DNA from: Eledone cirrhosa
Lineage: Eukaryota
DNA length: 64,000 nt
Direction of reading: 5' to 3'
NCBI GenBank assembly: GCA_964016885.1
Contig: OZ024753.1
Location: 37,138,001 to 37,202,000, forward strand
Position 1 is the first letter of the stretch; every line of letters begins with the position of its first letter. Below are positions 61,447 through 64,000 of this stretch, piece after piece. The notes below the pieces were generated by a model. It was not told where the DNA came from. It ran no database searches and saw nothing but the letters and a program-made list of their open reading frames with translations. Position numbers and translations under genes: made by a program.

Positions 61447-61666
61447 CCCTTTAGCATTCAAACTGACCATATCCGGCCAGAATTATCTCACCTCCTTCTG
61501 TTCAAACCAGCCGTAACTGGCTGCTCATACCTATATTAAGGTATTGTTCTCAAAATAAGTGACATCAAAATCTCGTAGATTTGATATTACATAGATAATT
61601 ATGTCAAATAAAGCCTTTACTGTGAAAATACAATAGTAACTATACAATAATGTAAATGCTAAAGGG
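61447..61666. mobile_element. piggyBac-like MITE (copy 2)
   Basis: TTAA-CCCTTTAGCATT ... AATGCTAAAGGG-TTCA. Confidence 0.8.
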
Positions 61667-62206
61667 TTCAAGTTTTGATCTGTGGGAGATATGGCTGCAG
61701 TTTCTAGCAGCCAAGTGATCATGAAGAAGCGACTCTATCGCTCTAGTATCTTCATAAGCTTAGTTTATAAACAGGAAACACCTGAAGGTATCGTAGGAGC
61801 ACCGTTGTGATACACAGTGCGTCGGGGTCATTTTAAACATAGCGGAATCCCGCCCAGGTCGGAACTAAACTGATTTCTTCCATAGAAAGAAAGAAAAATA
61901 AGAGGAAGTAGGGAAGAAGAATAGAACTCTCCCAATACTGAACTGATACTTTATTTATCGATCCCGAAAGAGTCGATAAAGCTAGTCAGAATAAATATCG
62001 AAGCATTTTAAACACGATACCCTAACTAATCTCTCAATTCGTATGTATAGATTTCAGGTCTTTGGAGTCATTTCATAGCTTGGCTGTAATCTTCAAGGAC
62101 TTTTTCACTTGAGGAATGAAAAATATTTCAACACGTGATTCCTAGATGGAATGTTTTATTGCGTACTTCGTTCACACGACAGTTCCACACATTCCTCCTG
62201 CACAAG

Positions 62207-62245
<39 letters not shown>

Positions 62246-62249
<4 letters not shown>

Positions 62250-62431
62250 CGGAAGAGTTGTGGTAAGGAACTAGATGGACCATAACGCACCAGAGTACTC
62301 AATACTTAGGGTAGTAGAGTCGGTAATAGGAGAAAGTATGACCTCGACGGCTATTTCTGGACTAAATAGTCCAGAAATAGCCGCCGTCGAAACGGCTTGA
62401 GCTCTGCCGTCGGGGGTCATACTTTCTCCTA
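62246..62431 (-). mobile_element. Fold-back element, family A, with an internal deletion in the long arm
   Basis: Apex CTGGACTA-AA-TAGTCCAG; deletion between the two CGACGGC direct repeats. Confidence 0.88.
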
Positions 62432-62468
62432 TATATATATATATGTGTGTTTACATGTACGTATGCGT

Positions 62469-62575
<107 letters not shown>

Positions 62576-62971
62576 ATATATATACACGCACACATACACA
62601 TGCACACACATATACATGCCTGTGCAGGCGCATACGTATTTGCCCTTTAAATGGCTAATGTATTACAGGTGTTTTGGTATATATATATATTCCTAGAAAC
62701 CTCCGGGCAGTTGACTCTGTTTTATGTGTGAATGTGTACGTGTGATTGTAAACATATGTGTAATTGTATCTGTCTTTATTTATTTATCTATTAATATTTT
62801 AAGAAGGTGGCGAGTTGACAGAATTGGTAGAGCGACGGTCGAAATACCATTGCTGTATTTGTTCTGGATCTTTATATTCTAAGTTTAAATCCCGCTGAAG
62901 TCAACTTTTCTTTGCATTCTTCCTGGAGCCTAATTTAGAAATCAATATTTTGAAAAGTTTTCTTGTTTTAG

Positions 62972-63194
62972 TAATTGTTTCTACTTTAGGCACAAAGCCA
63001 GCAATTTTTTTTATAAGGGGAGAAGAAAGTCGATTAAATTGACCCCAGTGTATTACTGGTACTTTATTTTATCGACCGCGTAAGGATGAAAGGCAAAGCT
63101 AACCTCGGCAGGATTTGAACTCAGATAGTAAAGGCGCGTAACTCTATGCTGCAAAGCATGGCATCCGACCCTCTACCGATACTGCCCATCCACC
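62972..63194 (-). mobile_element. SINE family 1, long variant
   Basis: Full-length reverse-complement copy. Confidence 0.88.
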
Positions 63195-63206
63195 TCATGT
63201 TAATAA

Positions 63207-63325
63207 TGTGAAGGCAGATGGTTTAGTGGTTAGAGAATTGGATTCGCAATCATAAGGTTCCGAGTTCGATTCCCGGACCGGATGATGCATAATGTCCTTG
63301 AGTAAGACAATTTATTTTATGTTGC
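63207..63325 (+). mobile_element. SINE family 2, 5' half
   Basis: TGGTTTAGTGGTTAGAG...GAGTTCGATTCCC...GTCCTTGAGTAAGACA. Confidence 0.8.
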
Positions 63326-64000
63326 TCTTTCTGACAGGAGTTGCGACCAGTAGTTAGTATGGAAAAACCAATGGAAACATTGTTTCCTTTGTCCGATTTG
63401 AGGAGTTCTCCCCCACTCGGTAAGCAAATGAAGCCTGTGATCTTGTCAATGGATCGATCGACTATGGTGGTCGGGGTAAATATTATTAAGTGACAATTCA
63501 AAATGGAGAAAGGAATTGAGGAAACCTGGGATCTCAAAGTGAAGAACATGACCAGGGTCTCTGAGAAACACTGCTGCTGATGTAGATACGTCCATTCACT
63601 CGTGTATTTACAATCTTTATAAGCTGTTATCTTCGGAAGTTTCGAGAAAGACCCCACCATCCTATCCAGAAAAATGCGACAGTTAATATCTGTCAGAACG
63701 GTAAGCATCGGTAGCAGTCTATTAAAGCGCTTTTGAAGCTTGCCTTTAAAGATTATGGTTGTGTTTTTATGAGATTTGAAATCAAATCTGGTCCAATTGA
63801 CCGACTAACGTACTTGTGAGGGGCTGTAAGTACATCATTTACCATGACATCTGAAGAAAGGTCAGACACATCTTGTTGAAAACACACGATGCGCGTTTAA
63901 TATCTCTTTTCCACCATGATGATCTATAAATCTACACGCACGCACTCACTAACAAACATATATACACATATACATATGTGTGTGTGCTGTTTCTGTATGC

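Noticed and set aside
63250-63708. 152-aa minus-strand ORF
   Set aside because: Runs into a SINE head and a repeat shared with ~10040-10110; no recognisable domain.

Overview
AT-rich, microsatellite-saturated animal genomic DNA; the SINE families and (TA)n/(CA)n load look like Octopus (inference). Almost every ORF in the supplied track is a simple-repeat artefact. The only convincing host coding sequence is a minus-strand signal-peptide exon (1529-1589, MGLFSHLIEFILLLITPVIL-G|GTAAGT) of a gene running off the left edge, with probable upstream non-coding exons. The rest is tRNA-derived SINEs, RTE- and CR1-type LINE relics, hAT/piggyBac/Tc1-mariner-like MITEs, minisatellites, a 200-N gap flanked by a near-identical duplication, and a ~14 kb complex duplicated block (45-59.5 kb) holding two ~2.8 kb foldback palindromes. 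The main signal is about ten distinct families of short elements sitting in (TA)n runs. Most carry a type I hammerhead ribozyme fold (CUGANGA...GAAA...NUH, often with a palindromic stem III). Many are asymmetric fold-back palindromes with a 55-90 nt one-sided tail, and several share a GAGT(A/G)Y tail motif at a fixed 25-28 nt spacing. They look like 3' ends of Penelope-like elements (PLEs). The commonest family keeps only the GAAA-stem III-GUC half of the core, and one family forms a retrozyme-like ~1.29 kb tandem array. All folds, identities and family assignments were made by eye; nothing was searched or computed.
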